A stretch of DNA of 64,000 nucleotides, taken from assembly GCA_964187785.1 (NCBI GenBank), contig OZ076409.1, positions 27,654,001 through 27,718,000 on the forward strand, read 5' to 3'. Below are positions 12,499-26,011 of this stretch, piece by piece; the stretch's first letter is position 1, and each line of letters starts with the position of its first letter. Under the pieces are notes generated by a model. It saw nothing but the letters and a program-made list of their open reading frames with translations, was not told where the DNA came from and ran no database searches. The DNA comes from Amphiscolops sp. MND2022 (lineage: Eukaryota). A program made the translations under genes and the position numbers.

Positions 12499-13560
12499 TT
12501 GATAACTTGCTTTCGAAAGGCTTTCAAATGCGATAAGATGGATTTCTATAGCGGAAGTGGATCGCATAGTTTCATTTCCTTCCGTTTAGGCAACGGAATG
12601 AGTGGCCAACCTACTCAAGAGGATCCAGAAGATATGGAAACCAACACGTCGATTCCAACACAGCAGATTACAGTTACGGAGGTTCAGGCTTCTACGAACC
12701 TTGGGGCCATTGATGGTCATACTTCTGCAAGTGATTCGGAGAGCTGCGGAGCTTACTTCACTCGTAAAATGGAGTCCTTGGGAGCAGAAGAAACAACCTC
12801 CTTCCAGACTGGCGATGAATCTAGTACTCAGGACAAAGTCAGTACTAGCGATACAATGTCCATTACTCCCGGGCTTAATCTTTTGCTCCAAGAGACTGAA
12901 AATGCTGTTGCTGCTCCACAAGTTACCTTCCTTGACGATCCCGGACCTAGCTCCAGAACACTTCGTGTTACAGATCCAAATACAGGACAGGCGACCGAGA
13001 GTGGTTCCGAATGCCTTGGGACTGATACCGGAAGTGCCGGCCGAGGGCTAATGGACTACCGGACTCATACAGATGATGACTCCCATCTTGACATGGATCT
13101 AGAGACAGGATCACAAGCCCGGTACACTCTGGCGGATGCTCTTCAAAGTCCTCCAAAAACGACCACCATTGCTTGCCCAGGGGGTTCTAGTAATGAATCC
13201 AGTGATTTCATTGCACCCCACGAGCCAGGTCCGACCCCTCTTTCCGGGACTAGTAGGGCTATAATAAAACAGTGCTTCGAAGAAGTGAGCCCGATTCGAC
13301 TTGATCCAGGACATCCAGTGGTTGCTTTTAACCAGGAACAGATCACAAGTATCCTCAGGATAGTTGCAGACGAGAGTGCCCGCGCGTCGTTCGAGATGTT
13401 GAATAGTGTCGTGCAAAGGGCGAGCAGAATAAATCTGGGTGGCAACAAACCCACTACTTCCCGTATACGGACTCGGTCTTCATCCGGCCCCGAGACAGAC
13501 ACTGACGCCAGTTGCGGTTCAATAACAACCTACGGGGACAAAGCAACTAAGCGAGACTAA
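12499..13560 (+). CDS. Antisense ORF in the family B internal region (Ser/Thr/acidic-rich), truncated by the deletion at ~13538
   Basis: 353 open codons in AT-rich DNA, on the opposite strand to the LTR ORFs. First ATGs at 12538/12598. Confidence 0.6.
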   Translation: MITCFRKAFKCDKMDFYSGSGSHSFISFRLGNGMSGQPTQEDPEDMETNTSIPTQQITVTEVQASTNLGAIDGHTSASDSESCGAYFTRKMESLGAEETTSFQTGDESSTQDKVSTSDTMSITPGLNLLLQETENAVAAPQVTFLDDPGPSSRTLRVTDPNTGQATESGSECLGTDTGSAGRGLMDYRTHTDDDSHLDMDLETGSQARYTLADALQSPPKTTTIACPGGSSNESSDFIAPHEPGPTPLSGTSRAIIKQCFEEVSPIRLDPGHPVVAFNQEQITSILRIVADESARASFEMLNSVVQRASRINLGGNKPTTSRIRTRSSSGPETDTDASCGSITTYGDKATKRD

Positions 13561-16500
13561 TGGTGAACAATGCACTGCAATATGATTGGTTATTTGGTTA
13601 ATGTACCACGCGTCCAAGTCGGCCAATGCTGACTACGATTTGAACACGTTTCCAATTAATCGTACAGTTTGCTTTATCGTTTACATTTCTACTGCTATTC
13701 CAATTTCAACTAACTGGTTTACATGATAAAGTATACTATAATACATGTATAATCAAACTAATATGATGTACATTGTTAGCTCCGGATAAGTAATGATTCG
13801 ACTATACGTCTATTGTAGACAGGTCGACCTAAGGTCCACAAACTAATAAGTAATTGGTTAAAACAGTACACAAGAACAGCATAATAATAAGAGTTGTTTT
13901 AAATGTACTAGCAGTCTCCATACTTTAAAGTGGCAACACTCCAGTAGGGAGGTATAATCCGTTGGCTTCATTTGGGGCTTTTTGCTATTTGTTTCCATCG
14001 CAGGCGGCAGTCTGCGACAAATTCTTATCCATTATCCTTCGTGTCATCGTCGCTTTTCATCCATGATTCTCGATAAATTTTGAAATTTTTCCATGATCAT
14101 GGAATGATTCTCGGCATAGCAAACCCATTAGTCATAGGTTAGTCATGAATGAAAAGCCCTGTCCATTAAAACTGCAAGTATGATTTTATTTTGCATCTCG
14201 GTTTTTCGCTGTATTGATGTATGTGAAGTTTTTAGCGCAAACACTACCAGTTAATCAAGTGAGCAAACTCTGAAGCTGTTACTTGTTCGACCAATCATCG
14301 AGAAGCAATCAACACAGCATTACAAACAAACTGCCAATTTGATGTCAGTGGATCTGACTCAAAACAGCTTTGCTTGACTTGACGCGCTCGCAACCTCCTG
14401 GCTCTCATGTACCCCAAAATTGTTACCGGATATTCCCTAACGTTCAATAAAAGGACGGGTAATTAATTTAAACCTCATCCACAACTAATAACGAATGACT
14501 CGTGAAATTCTTTCAAAAATGCCGTCAGCCCCATTTACACCCATTTATTTTTGAGCTTACAATAGCTTTTCATGTTAACACTATAGTTATCGTAATTACA
14601 AGAGTGATTTTATCTCGAACTCTGTAGTAGTCAAAACTTGTGCTCGTCAAAACATCGTTTAAAAACAGATTCAATTCAACGTTTCCTGCCATTGCCCAGT
14701 TTCTCCACAAATTATTTTCACAAAATGCCGCTATTTTTGTATTCGGACTGTGCTGTAAGACTTTTCATTTCATTTGACCTAATCAACTCGATATCAAGCT
14801 TCTAAAAAGTTATGAAACTATGAAAAAAATATCATTTATTATGCCCACTTTTACAACCAAACCTCAAGAAGATGAAAGTTTTGAAAAGTCTATCAGCAGG
14901 ATCTATGTGATGAATGAAATGAACCTTAATTTAATGAGCTGATCAAATTCTTTATTCTCTCATGTGCTTCAATTTTAGCTGACTTCGAAATAGCAAATAG
15001 TTTTACCCTTGTCAAAATGCTTCGCAATTTTCCGTTAAACTGAATTATTTTTGTCTCATCTGATGTTATGCAGATCATTTTGAATTAGCACTTCAATTTC
15101 ATAATCAATGATCCCTCAACCAAATTTTTCTGCTGGTTTCTTTACTGATCTAACTCTATGTACAACTTGATGTGTTTCGAAATTTGAAACGACGTGTTTC
15201 TTCGCTATAATTTCATGTCGTAGTCCTTCGTGGGATTGTCTCCAATCAAAGTCTATAACATGACCATAAAATATTCAACCGCATATGAATGATTAAACGA
15301 CCCCTTCCCTTCTACAATTCTTGATTGCTCAAAAGTCATGAACAAGTTGCAAGTTGATCTACCTGAATTCCGCTTTCTATCATCGTAAGGTGATGAAGAC
15401 AGCTACTGCTTTCAATTAATTCTGTATGTGTGATGTGTAAAACGAGTCTCAATAATTTTATTTTCACTCTTTATGGTGGGCTCATTGTGATCTAACCCGT
15501 ACTTTCCAATTCATTTCAAATTGTTATTGCCCCGAAGTCCGAGTTCGAATTTGCTAATTAGCCTCAGAAGTCCATAGCAGAGTTCTGCACCTCATTTTCG
15601 ATGGAAACAATCGTGCTTTAGCAATGTATTCTCGACACTATGTATTCCTAGCATGTTTTCCTCTATAATATACTTTCATCGCTGCTTTCAAAATTGTTTT
15701 CCTCTCTCTTGACCCGAGCTTCTTTGAATCTTTTCAGATTTAGTATTCCAATGCTTCTCCCCGACCAGCCAGACCAAAAATTATGACCTTTGGTGTTTTT
15801 TCAATTATTGCTCAGTAGATTCCGGGATCATGTGTGGTCTCAACTTTTTCCCTAGAAAACCATTTGAATTTATACCCATTATTGATTGACATTCTTGGCC
15901 CATCGCTTCTAGTCTGACTGATCGGAGCCAAAGTTGTTAACGTACTGCAAATGCTCGAGACAATTCTTTGAAACGGACGCATTCGAATTTGATTTCAATG
16001 AAGTATATATACTTTTTCGAGATGTGTCCTCTTATTTTGTAACGTCCATTCAAACACTGGCTCTTGATCTCTCGACAGTGAATGGAATCATCGAACTCAA
16101 ACACTTTGAATATTTGTTGCCCTGCTGTGAAATATGATTGTATGTCCAACCCAGTTTTAAATACTACATTATTTCAACCAGATTTTTCTGCTCTGTTTTC
16201 TGTTTTTTTAAATCTCAGTCAGGGATTTGAGTGTAACCCCTTAACTAGCTTCGAAGTTACCCCATATTTCAGATTACCTTGAGCAGTTACTGCTGCACTA
16301 TGTGTATCATTGAATGAGCTAAGTATCGAGCGCCAGCTCCAACTCAAAAATTGAACAAAAATTTCATGCTTGCTCTGGAGTCTGAGGTAGTCCTACCGAC
16401 TTTGGCTGAAAAAAAATGTCATTCCATGTCATCAGTGGCTCGCAAAAATTGTTGTAATCTAGTTTTCAAAAGTAGATTGGCTCTTTCCAGTGAAATATAT

Positions 16501-17043
16501 ATCTTGTTCCTGTTCAGAACTACCATGTATACCATGTAAATCAGACCAAACTACAATCTAGGGATTCACCATGGATTGACCATTGATGACAATTTGAGAT
16601 ATTATCCATGACCTATGCAATTACTTCATGCAAGATTTTCATGACTAGACTTCACGTGAAACCATATGTAGTTTTGTGATAAGATATGTGATAATGGAAT
16701 ATACGTGGATTTCAATATAAAAGATGATACTGTGGTTCTGGTCAGATATGAATGTTTAAGAAACCCTTTTCTTCGGAAAAAATATCTACTATTGTAAATG
16801 TTTTCGAAACTTTAGGAAGTGATGTAAAACTTTTTCTAGTAATATTCAATTAAATCATATTTATCCAAGAGTTTCACGTCAAGGAAATAGCAGCAATTTT
16901 CCATTAGATTTTTATTAGAATCTGAATACTGGTAAATGATGACCATAGGTTGCATAACTGTATTTTTCTATATGCTAGTAACTTATAAGACTCAAAATTT
17001 ATATTCTAGTCATTATCTTTTGTTTTATTTTCGAATTTCCCTG

Positions 17044-19002
17044 CCCTGGTCGAAACTACAGGAACTTTTTACATGCAGCATTAATGCGCGCAGGCTAATT
17101 TTTTGAAAAACTTAGAAAATTCAGGGACCCTGCATGGAAAATTCTTGCAAAACTTCCCTGCAGCTTGGAAAATCCTGGCAGCATTTCCCTGTGCTTTGAA
17201 AAAATGCCCAAGCTGCTTAAAGCATTTTTGGAAAAAAATCCATGCAAGACTGTAAACATTTTCTTCGAAAACGACCGTTTTCTCAGCCCAAATCATATAT
17301 TCAAAAAAACATCGTGTCGATAACAGTATTGCTAATCCTGAACGTCCCTAATGGCTGAAAAAATAGGCGGAAGAAAACTTTCAATTGAAAAGATTTGAGA
17401 AAAAGAATCAATCCAATATAAAAAACATAAAAACCCGATATACGCATCTAGTTCCACAACTGTTGAGTTCATCGGTGAACTTTTTCCGTTAATTCAAGGG
17501 TTTCCCACATGACAACTAGCAACAAGACTTTGATACCATCATCGACTCCATGCATCAGCTTCAGACATTGATTCACAGCAGCGTCCAGGCAAAAGCCAGC
17601 ATTCTCCAATGAGGACCTGGAACAAAAAAGGAACGTTAAGCAACGATGCATGGAACGTTAAGCAAACATATGGCAACCCCAGACATTACAGAAAAGAAAT
17701 TACTCCTTATTCTACCGAAATCAAGTGTATTAGACGTTATTCCACAACTAATATGATTTTACAGGAATAAGGACTAAAATCGAGGAAAAAAGGTCCAAAC
17801 ACTGAAATAGCGACTAAAAATGCTGAAGAGACGTCTAAACACTGGAATTACGACCAAAAAAATTAATACAGTAAAATTTAGTCGTTATTTTACCAAAATG
17901 AAGGGTTTTAGACGTTATTCCACAACTAATACGATTTTACTGGAATAAGGACTAAAATCGAGGAAAAAAGGTCCAAACACTGGATTAGCTACGAAAAATG
18001 CTGAAGAGAGACGTCTAAACACTGGAATTACGACTAAAAAAGATGAATACAGTAAAATTTAAGCGTTATTTTACCGAAATAAAGTGTTTTAGGCGTTATT
18101 CCACAACTAATATGATTTTACCGGAATAAGGATTAAAATCGAGGAAAAAGGTCCAAACACTGGAATAGCGACTAAAAATGCTGACGAAACGTCTAAACAC
18201 TGGAATTACGACTAAAAAAGATGAATGCAGTAAAATTTAGGCGTTATTTGACGTTATTCGCGCCCCTATCAGAAATGAATTTAATTTTGCCGTAGTTTTG
18301 ACTAAAATTTACGAATTAGAACTTTTGTTTTCGAAAAATCTTTTGTGATTTTTTTCGAAAAACAGGCGATTTTTTTTCTTTTTCTCGCACAAAACTACGA
18401 AAGTACCGAGTTTTTGTACCGACCAAAATACCGAGAAAATACGAGAAAGTTTTGAGATTTTGTTTTTTTTTAGTTTCTCAGTTTTTTTCCGATTTACTGC
18501 GATGAAAAATTCCACCCAATCAAAACAGCTGATTCTAATATTCCGCTCTCAAAGTAGTTCCCCAAAAAACCTCGAAGAACTTCACAATTAACAAGTTTTC
18601 GCTTTGGCCAGATCAGAAAGATATAATAGTTACGGTTAGAAACAGTTTCCAAGCAGAAAAAAAATTTCCACCAAAAAAATTCCAGTAATACGAATTTGTA
18701 TACCACACTGGCACATGTAGACAATTTGTTTACATCATATTGTAGCGTCTGTGCTTACAAAATTTGAGGTTTTGCCCGCAAAAACATGGAAAAATTTTGC
18801 GGGGAATTTCTCTTGAACTTCCTTGATGTTGCTCTGAAAACCCGCCAAATTGTATAGAAATCCTAATAAATACTCGAAGAAATAGCATTGCATCAGGGAA
18901 ATATTTAGCATTAATGATTCTCCATGAAACTCTAAAAATCATGCTAAAAGTGCTAGGTAGCCTATAAAATCATGTAAAAGTTTCAAGCAGTTTCAACTAG
19001 GG
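17044..19002. mobile_element. Non-autonomous TIR element with CCC...GGG ends and 2-bp TSD (CMC/EnSpm-like)
   Basis: CCCTGGTCGAAACT / AGTTTCAACTAGGG (12 of 14 match), TG on both flanks; internal tandem array. Confidence 0.65.
17700..18258. repeat. ~180-bp tandem repeat, ~3 copies
   Basis: CGTTATTCCACAACTAATA recurs at ~17735, ~17913 and ~18094. Confidence 0.9.
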
Positions 19003-19400
19003 TGAACTTTGGAAGCGGATTTCCTCAACAGTGGCGAAACATACGATATAACCTGGCTGTCAAACGTATCACAGCTGCAAAATAGGTGCATTTTAATTTT
19101 TAAAAGCTTCAGCAGTTGCGTTTTGAACAAGTCAATGTTCATTCGAACCATCCAGTGCTGAACGTTTTGCTGTTGATGTTAATCCAAGCAACCAAGTATC
19201 TACTTAAAACCAAGCCCTATTAAATTTTTGCAAAACTTCTGTTGTTTTATAGAGTGTCAATGAGGAGATTCACCAGGGCACGAGAACGCTCAAGACACTC
19301 GATATCGCTGACGGAAAAATTCAAAGCGCGATAAGTTTTTGCATAATCACTTGACACAAAAGCCCTCGGGACAAAATTACAGACAAAATTTGTCTTTTAA

Positions 19401-20120
19401 TGTAACGTCCACCAGTCAACACCAAATTTTCGATGAAAAATTCGATCAAGAACCAGAAAATGTGCGAATCAAAATGGCCGACCTGGCAGGTCGTTGAAAC
19501 CCAAAAATGAAAAAAGTGAACACGCGAACAGGAAGAACAACAGGAGATGATAAAGAAAGGGAGCAAAACGACTATTGACATGAAGATTCACACGGTGCAG
19601 AATACGACGAACGCTACCCGGTGCTATGCCATCCCTCTGGGAGAGAAAGCAGAACTGTTCTAGAATGGCATGACTGGATCCCCGAAAATCTACAAACAGT
19701 AACTGTATTCTCACTTGGGGCTTATCCCCCTTTAATTTGTTAATTTATAATGCACTTTGTTATTTCCCCCATGCCTGACCTTCTAGGTCAGCATTTCATG
19801 TCCATAACTGTCGAAATGACATTTTTCGGATAAACATCTTTTTGGACCTCGGAAGTATGTGGGAGATGGCGGGAACGCGCTAAAAACCTTAGGATTTGTT
19901 TTTACAGGCTTGTGGGGCGTGTCCGGACTTTGAGAGTGCCGGCACGTCGCCTCGGAGCTCTAACTAGAGGAGCCTCCTTAGACGAAAGAAGAGTCTCCCT
20001 TGGAGACCATTTTGGGATCAAAAACTAGTGTTTAGGAGTGTAGTAAGACAACGGTCTCCTGTTTAAGCACCCTAGGCATTGTCCCTCTTCCTAGATGTGC
20101 GCCGCTAGCCGGACGTTACA
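19401..20120 (+). repeat. 5' LTR (720 bp)
   Basis: TGTAACGTCC...GGACGTTACA; only two substitutions seen versus 37989-38708. Confidence 0.97.
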
Positions 20121-20136
20121 TCTGGAATAGTTTTTA

Positions 20137-20153
20137 TGGCGACCACAGAGGGA
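20137..20153 (+). promoter_or_regulatory. Candidate primer-binding site (tRNA-Arg-like)
   Basis: TGGCGACCACAGAGGGA resembles the complement of the 3' end of eukaryotic tRNA-Arg(TCG/CCG), recalled from memory. It lies 16 nt from the LTR. Confidence 0.6.
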
Positions 20154-23100
20154 TATTTTTCAAGGATAATTTTCCTTACCGCGTCCTGCGAGGAGCAACT
20201 CCTGCTTTCCGGCCCTGAAAGGTCCGGATCTAGGAGAAGCTTTTGGGAGAGTCCTAGATTGTTTTTACTGCTTTATTCTAGCCCTTTGGGCCTTGTATTA
20301 GTGTTTTTCCTGCGTTTCCTGCATGTTTCCGAGGTCCCAAGCCTGAAAAAGACAGTTTGAAACGGTGTACCCCCTTGTACCTTATCTGTACTTGTTAAAA
20401 AAGCTATTCCGGCTTATCCGGAACGTGTTTTAACGGGTTTTCCAGCTTCTTTTCAGCTAATTGGCAATGTACAGGGACTGCGAGGACGGTTTGTGAAGAC
20501 CCGAGCTAGCTGAGTGCAGGACTGCAGGTGCTTCACCTCATAGCCTCTTCCTCCCCACCTGGTGCCGATTCACCGAAGACAGCTGGGTTATTTCGTTCCC
20601 TTTACGTTTTCTAGCCCAAAATTAGTATTCCCAGGCCTGTTTTTGCATAAATTAACTGTGAAAAATACCCACAGGGTATTTGCATCAGTTGTTTTAGGGA
20701 CTTGAGCTCGAAAACGCCAAAAATAACACTAATAACAGCTCAAATATCGAATTTTCCCGTTTTGAAAACCAGAATTTTATAGAACTGTGTACGGCCTGTG
20801 GGAATACCTGAAAAACGTTCTGTCGGACCTACCAGGTCGAGAACAAAAATTTTTGTTGGGCTGTTTTTCAAAAAAAACATGAAAATTTCAGCAATTTTTG
20901 TTCAAAAATCGGCAAAATTGGCCATTTTGACCAATTTTGGCAAGGGCGAAGCCTTGGGCGTTTGTTCCCAAGCCTCTTGAAAGGCCCAAAAATTTTGTAG
21001 TTGAGCTTGGTAGTATGCAACACTACTACCAAGACGGTTTTTGACTGCCCCCAATATAAATTGAAGTTTTAACATCACTTTTCTTCCATTAAAATAGACC
21101 TGAGTAAAGGACCCCATAGACCTGAGAGTTATTACATCAAAACCATCAAAACTAATTATTGAAACAACCCCATTCCCCTAAATAAAGTTGTTACACCTTC
21201 TAACACTACTGTTAGAACTATTCGGAACGTCTGAAAACAAAGAAATAAAAATTTCTTGGTGAAAATACGCATTTTCCGTACTGTTCCGAGAGTGTCAAAG
21301 GTGCAACTTAAAGTTTATTTTGAGAGACCTTATTTGGAACCTACCAGGTTTCGCTTGCCTATTTTCCGTTAGTATAGGGTACAACGTTGCAAACGCAGAA
21401 AACCGCAAGTGATTCCAACTAGTAGTTGCCGAGAAATAGCCAAAAACGTGTTATTTTTGTGACATTTTCGGAACACTGGAGTAGTGCTTCCAGTACAGGT
21501 CGAATTCTCTCCTAGTGGAAGCAGTCTCAAACGGATAGCACCATCGTGTAAACCGCAAAAAGTTACGTTAGTGGTGTAATTTTCGTAGCGCTACCACCAC
21601 TAGTGATCGAGAAATCTTAGCCGCAGTTTTGCTCAAAAATGATCCGAAAATGTCGAAAAAATTGAATTTTAGTTGAGCATAGTGCAATACCTCGCAGGTA
21701 CCCCAACACTAAAATTCTTGCATTTTCGTGCACACGGCACTGGATCACGACGATTTGTGCAATTTGAGCAGCCGGCTACTAGCCAAAGCTGAGAAATTGA
21801 CATTTTTGTGATTTTTGACCCGAAAAAGCGGTACCCCTGGTACATCAAGGTTTTGTCACTTCATATCGCCAGATATAGATCAAAGCACCTCGCCGCTAAA
21901 TTTTTCCGTCGTGTAGGCATAAAGTACGCTCGCATGCGAAATTTCAGGTAGCTAGGACGCCTAGAAGGCGAGTTTGACCACTTTTTGTGAATTTCGCGAC
22001 ATAGTCAATTTCTCAGTGAATATTGTTAAGTGGCCGTGACACCCACCGGATCAATTTTAGCGCAATCGGAGGCTTGTTCCCCACGATTCAGCCAGTGTAT
22101 TAGACGGTGTGAAATTTTCAGGTCGCTAGTACCACAAGAAGTGATTTTCACCTTCCCCGGAGGTGCTACTTGATGAGAAAAACAATATTTTGAGTGAATT
22201 TCAACTGAAAACCCATGCATTTCTAGTCCTGATGCACCTCATTCAGGGCTGAAACGACCTGTTTAGCGCATCGAGCAAATCCCACACGTCTTACTGAACT
22301 TATAAAATCCGTGTAGGGTTAGCCCCAAGATCAACGACCTTCCACTAAACACTCTACGAGACCAAGAGACGGTAACTCCAAAAACCGAAATTCGTTTCTT
22401 GCCCGCCACCAAAGTCGCCTAGGTGCAATTTGCTCGCCATAACCACCCATACTCTGCGCCTCGTATACCCTGAGGGTGCGAGAGTGTGCCCGGGAGCACC
22501 AAAACAGTCACAGACCAGGTTTGCGGAACGCGTAGAGAAACTAGAACAAGGACAGAGGAGATCATCCATATCGTTGTAACCTTTTTACCCACGAGCCATG
22601 AAGCCATAGACCAGGTCACCACTTGATACTCAACCCACGCGTTCCCAATCAAACCCCATATCATTCCCAATCCATTGCCCACCCATTGTTCCCGAACCAA
22701 CCTCCTCGCACAAGCAAAAAAAAACTTAAAGTGACCCCCACTGCGCTCCGCGCAAGGGATACAGCAGATACCCAGATACCCTCGCTGACGAGTTTGAAGC
22801 TAACCCAACAACTTTCAGTTCACGGCAGCAGCAAGGCCTGCGGTCACCTAAAAGTAGAAGCCAATCTAGCGTATAGTAATCCGTAGTAGTGATCAAAAAA
22901 AAAACTAAAAAATTTTTGTTAAGAAAGTCAAACCTTCTAAGTGAGGAAAAAGCAGACGAAATTTTAGTTAACCAAACCAGCGATAGTGTGCCTAGTGCAC
23001 TCCAAAAGTGTAGGAAGCAATTCAAGCCCATTTAGCAAGTCTCTACCCCAATACACAAAAGACCGGTAACGCCGAGTGGCAAAGCGCGCCAAATAGCTTA

Positions 23101-23317
23101 GTTAGTTAGTTAGTCAGTGCAGTTTAGATAGTAGCTTTTTGAGTTATTTAGCCAAAGCAAACCCTCCCCATTCCATCATTTACCACTTGTTTTGTGGGGG
23201 GAAGTGAGTAGAGAAAAGCCAAAAATCAAAAAAAAAATTATTTTTTTTGTTGTTGTTGTCGGCCACATCGTGGAAGCTTCGCACGCAGTGGAAGCTAAAA
23301 TATTACATTCCGTAGCC

Positions 23318-26011
23318 ATGGAACGACGTGAGACTAACGCCACCATAAGCGACTTCCATGCCACCAACCCTTTCAGAAGAAGAACGGAAGCCACAGCCGA
23401 ACAAAACGAATGTAGATTAGATTCCGCCATAGCAGCCGTGTTTTCAGAAGTTATGTCTGACTTCGTACCGAGCCAGGAGCAAAACGCGGAGATAGCCGTT
23501 GCCACCAGCCAGCCTAACTCCTCGCGAGCCTCCCCCGACAGCACCAATCCACCGGATGATGCTGAAACCACCACGCAAAGAAAAACATGGCCTCCGCTGG
23601 AAGTCACCGACTACAGTTTGGAAAATTGGCCAAACTCCAACCAAGGGCCCACAGGTGAGCCCAGCATTGCTGATACCCCCAACGAACAAAATGACACTCC
23701 AGTGACTCCACGGGCGGACCCACGGACGGCGGTTGTCGAAAGGAACCCCCGGGTTCCCAGGAGATGACCAATAGCATAGGCGGGAATCCCTTTCGAAGCG
23801 GATATGCGCTACCGGAAGCACCGGCGAAGATGTCGAACAGGCCAGCGGAGAACTCGAAGACAAACATAACAGAGAATCCGTTAAGATACGTTTTTCGAAC
23901 GCCACCCTCGGTGAGACCAAAGATTAATTATGCGAATGCGAGCCGAACATCCCACACGCCAGACTCTCAAGCTAGCGCCGACACCAATCTTGACTCAACA
24001 ATAACCAAAGCAAGAAAGGAAACGCAAACGGTTCGAGAAGACTTTCAAAGTAGCCTAGCTCAGCTAGCTCAAGTCCAGACAAGGCTAGCGCGGGAAAACA
24101 ACGAACATGAGATGCGCGCCGACATGATAATGAGAGACATGGACGAGCTGTGAAAAGGTCTTCTGGAAATGCAAGCGGAAGGGCGACAGAATCAGGGCCG
24201 ACTGGAGGCGTCCATGGCATCTCTCAATGATCTGATTAAACAGAGAGAAACTACAGCGGACGCCCGCATGGCCGAGATGTCCGCAATAATGAGAGAAAGA
24301 GACCGCCAGGCCGACGAACGCATGAAAGCAATGACAAACACAATGCAGCGCCGCGACATGGACTCCAATGTCCGCATGGCGGACTTGATGATGGCAATGC
24401 AAGATTTAACACTGGGCGTGAAAGCAATTGTGTCGCAGACCCCCGCACAGCAAACACAAACGGCGTCACGGGTGCCCCAAAAATACCAGCAGGCCGAGAT
24501 GCCATCTACAAGTGAAGCTCCCCAACCTCACTATAGGACGGTGGCACAGCACACAGTGGAGCCTCCTAGGCCCCCAAAACTAGTGCCACCCGCGACGTAC
24601 AGGCGTGACCTGTCGAAAGCTAGTAAGATGGCTAAGGTAACCCACACGGAGTCACGAGACGCCGGCACAGACCCCATGACTGACCCGCCGTCGTTTGACC
24701 AGTACACTCGCGGGGCATCGACCTCGGGCGACTTTCATTCCGCTGCCGACGAAACGAACACCCGCAGGACCAGCTACTATACGGCCGATTCCAGCGCGGC
24801 ATTCCGCCCACCTGCGCGAACGCAGACGTTCAGAGACTTCGTTCCGCGGCCAGTGGCCACCAGTACGCAGCGCAAGGTGACGACCAAGCGGAACCTAGAA
24901 CAAGGCAAAGGCGAACATAGTGACATTGAAGAGATGCCCTCGGTGGCAGAAGAGGCCCCGGACACACCGAGAACTACCCAACGACAAGCACTAGCAGAAG
25001 CAATATCCACAGCCTTGTCTAAAGGCTTGGAGCCGTTGCTCGCCGTCAAGGAGTCTAAAAACAAGCCCACGAAATACAGAGGAACCCGAGACGGAAATGC
25101 AGATGGGTGGATGATGTTGATGAAACGCCACTTGGAAAAAGCACACCCGAAGGCGACCCCCCTCGATAAAGCATGGACGATAATTGAGTATCTAGAGCAT
25201 GAAGCCAGAGACTACATCACGAATAAGTCCGAAGCCGAGAGGGACACGGATGAGAAAGTATTCGCATTGCTGGCGCGTCGCTTTGGGACAGGCTCCAGCA
25301 AAATCCACATCCAGCAGCAATTTAGAACCCGCAACCAGAATAGCGAAGAGGACTACATGCAATACCTTGATGCCCTCGAGGGCTTGCGTAGTCAGGGTTA
25401 CCCCAATGAAGAGGTAACAGTTCGTCGATACGAAATTATGCAAAGATTCATTGAGGGAGTACGCAACTTTGAACTAAAAAGAAACCTCGCGCTAATGTAT
25501 GCACCGGAACAATACGTGGAGACCCCGCCAACAGTGGAAGCCCTCCGCTTCACGGTACAACAATACTTACGCACGCATGCGTGGCTCCACTCGCTCGGAC
25601 AACTACCCGATGATACCCCCTCCACAACAACAAGCCAACATCCCACAACCTAATCAGTCTCCGGTAGCACCCACGCCTGCCCAAAAAATGCAACAACAAC
25701 AGCCTCCCCAACCAGCAGCATACCAACAACAACCCATGCCACCGGCAGCCTATCGACAACAACCCCAAAGGGCGTGCTTCAACTGCGGAGACCCATCGCA
25801 CTTCGTGGTGGACTGGCCCCTGAAGGACCGTGCACGGAAGCCGGTGCAACAGCAAGTAAACTCCTGTCACACGAACCCGACCGGCAGTTGGGTGTGCCCC
25901 TCTCAGCCACATGGCTTGAACTATGATGTTTTCCCAGCATCTCTGCCAACCCAAGGCACAGTTGCATTCTGCATTAATTGCGGCCGTACTGAGCACTCGG
26001 CGTCGGAATGC
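23318..26011 (+). pseudogene. gag: Gag region (disordered N-terminus, coiled coil, capsid-like domain, two CCHC knuckles), disrupted
   Basis: ATG in GCCATGG at 23318. Frame change near 23760, in-frame TGA at 24151, ACGC duplication at ~25570. Knuckles CFNCGDPSHFVVD(W) and CINCGRTEHSASEC. Confidence 0.8.

Larger units (their letters stand above)
8846..14019 (-). mobile_element. Internally deleted family B LTR retrotransposon (partial 5' LTR, 3' internal region, full 3' LTR)
   Basis: Termini TGTCG...CGACA, 5-bp TSD AATTC (8841-8845, 14020-14024). 481-bp direct repeat 9941-10421 / 13539-14019. Confidence 0.9.

Noticed and set aside
14025..17040. Possible decayed minus-strand coding region
   Set aside because: Composition is suggestive, but I could not support any motif or long frame.
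17700..18258. CRISPR array (also 62978-63113, 53530-53620 and the 55-bp module at 2150-3440)
   Set aside because: The tandem arrays lack unique spacers, the 55-bp module is irregularly spaced, there are no cas genes, and the context is eukaryotic.
25499..25653. Programmed gag-pol frameshift
   Set aside because: No slippery heptamer; removing a duplicated ACGC restores QYLRMRGS in one frame.
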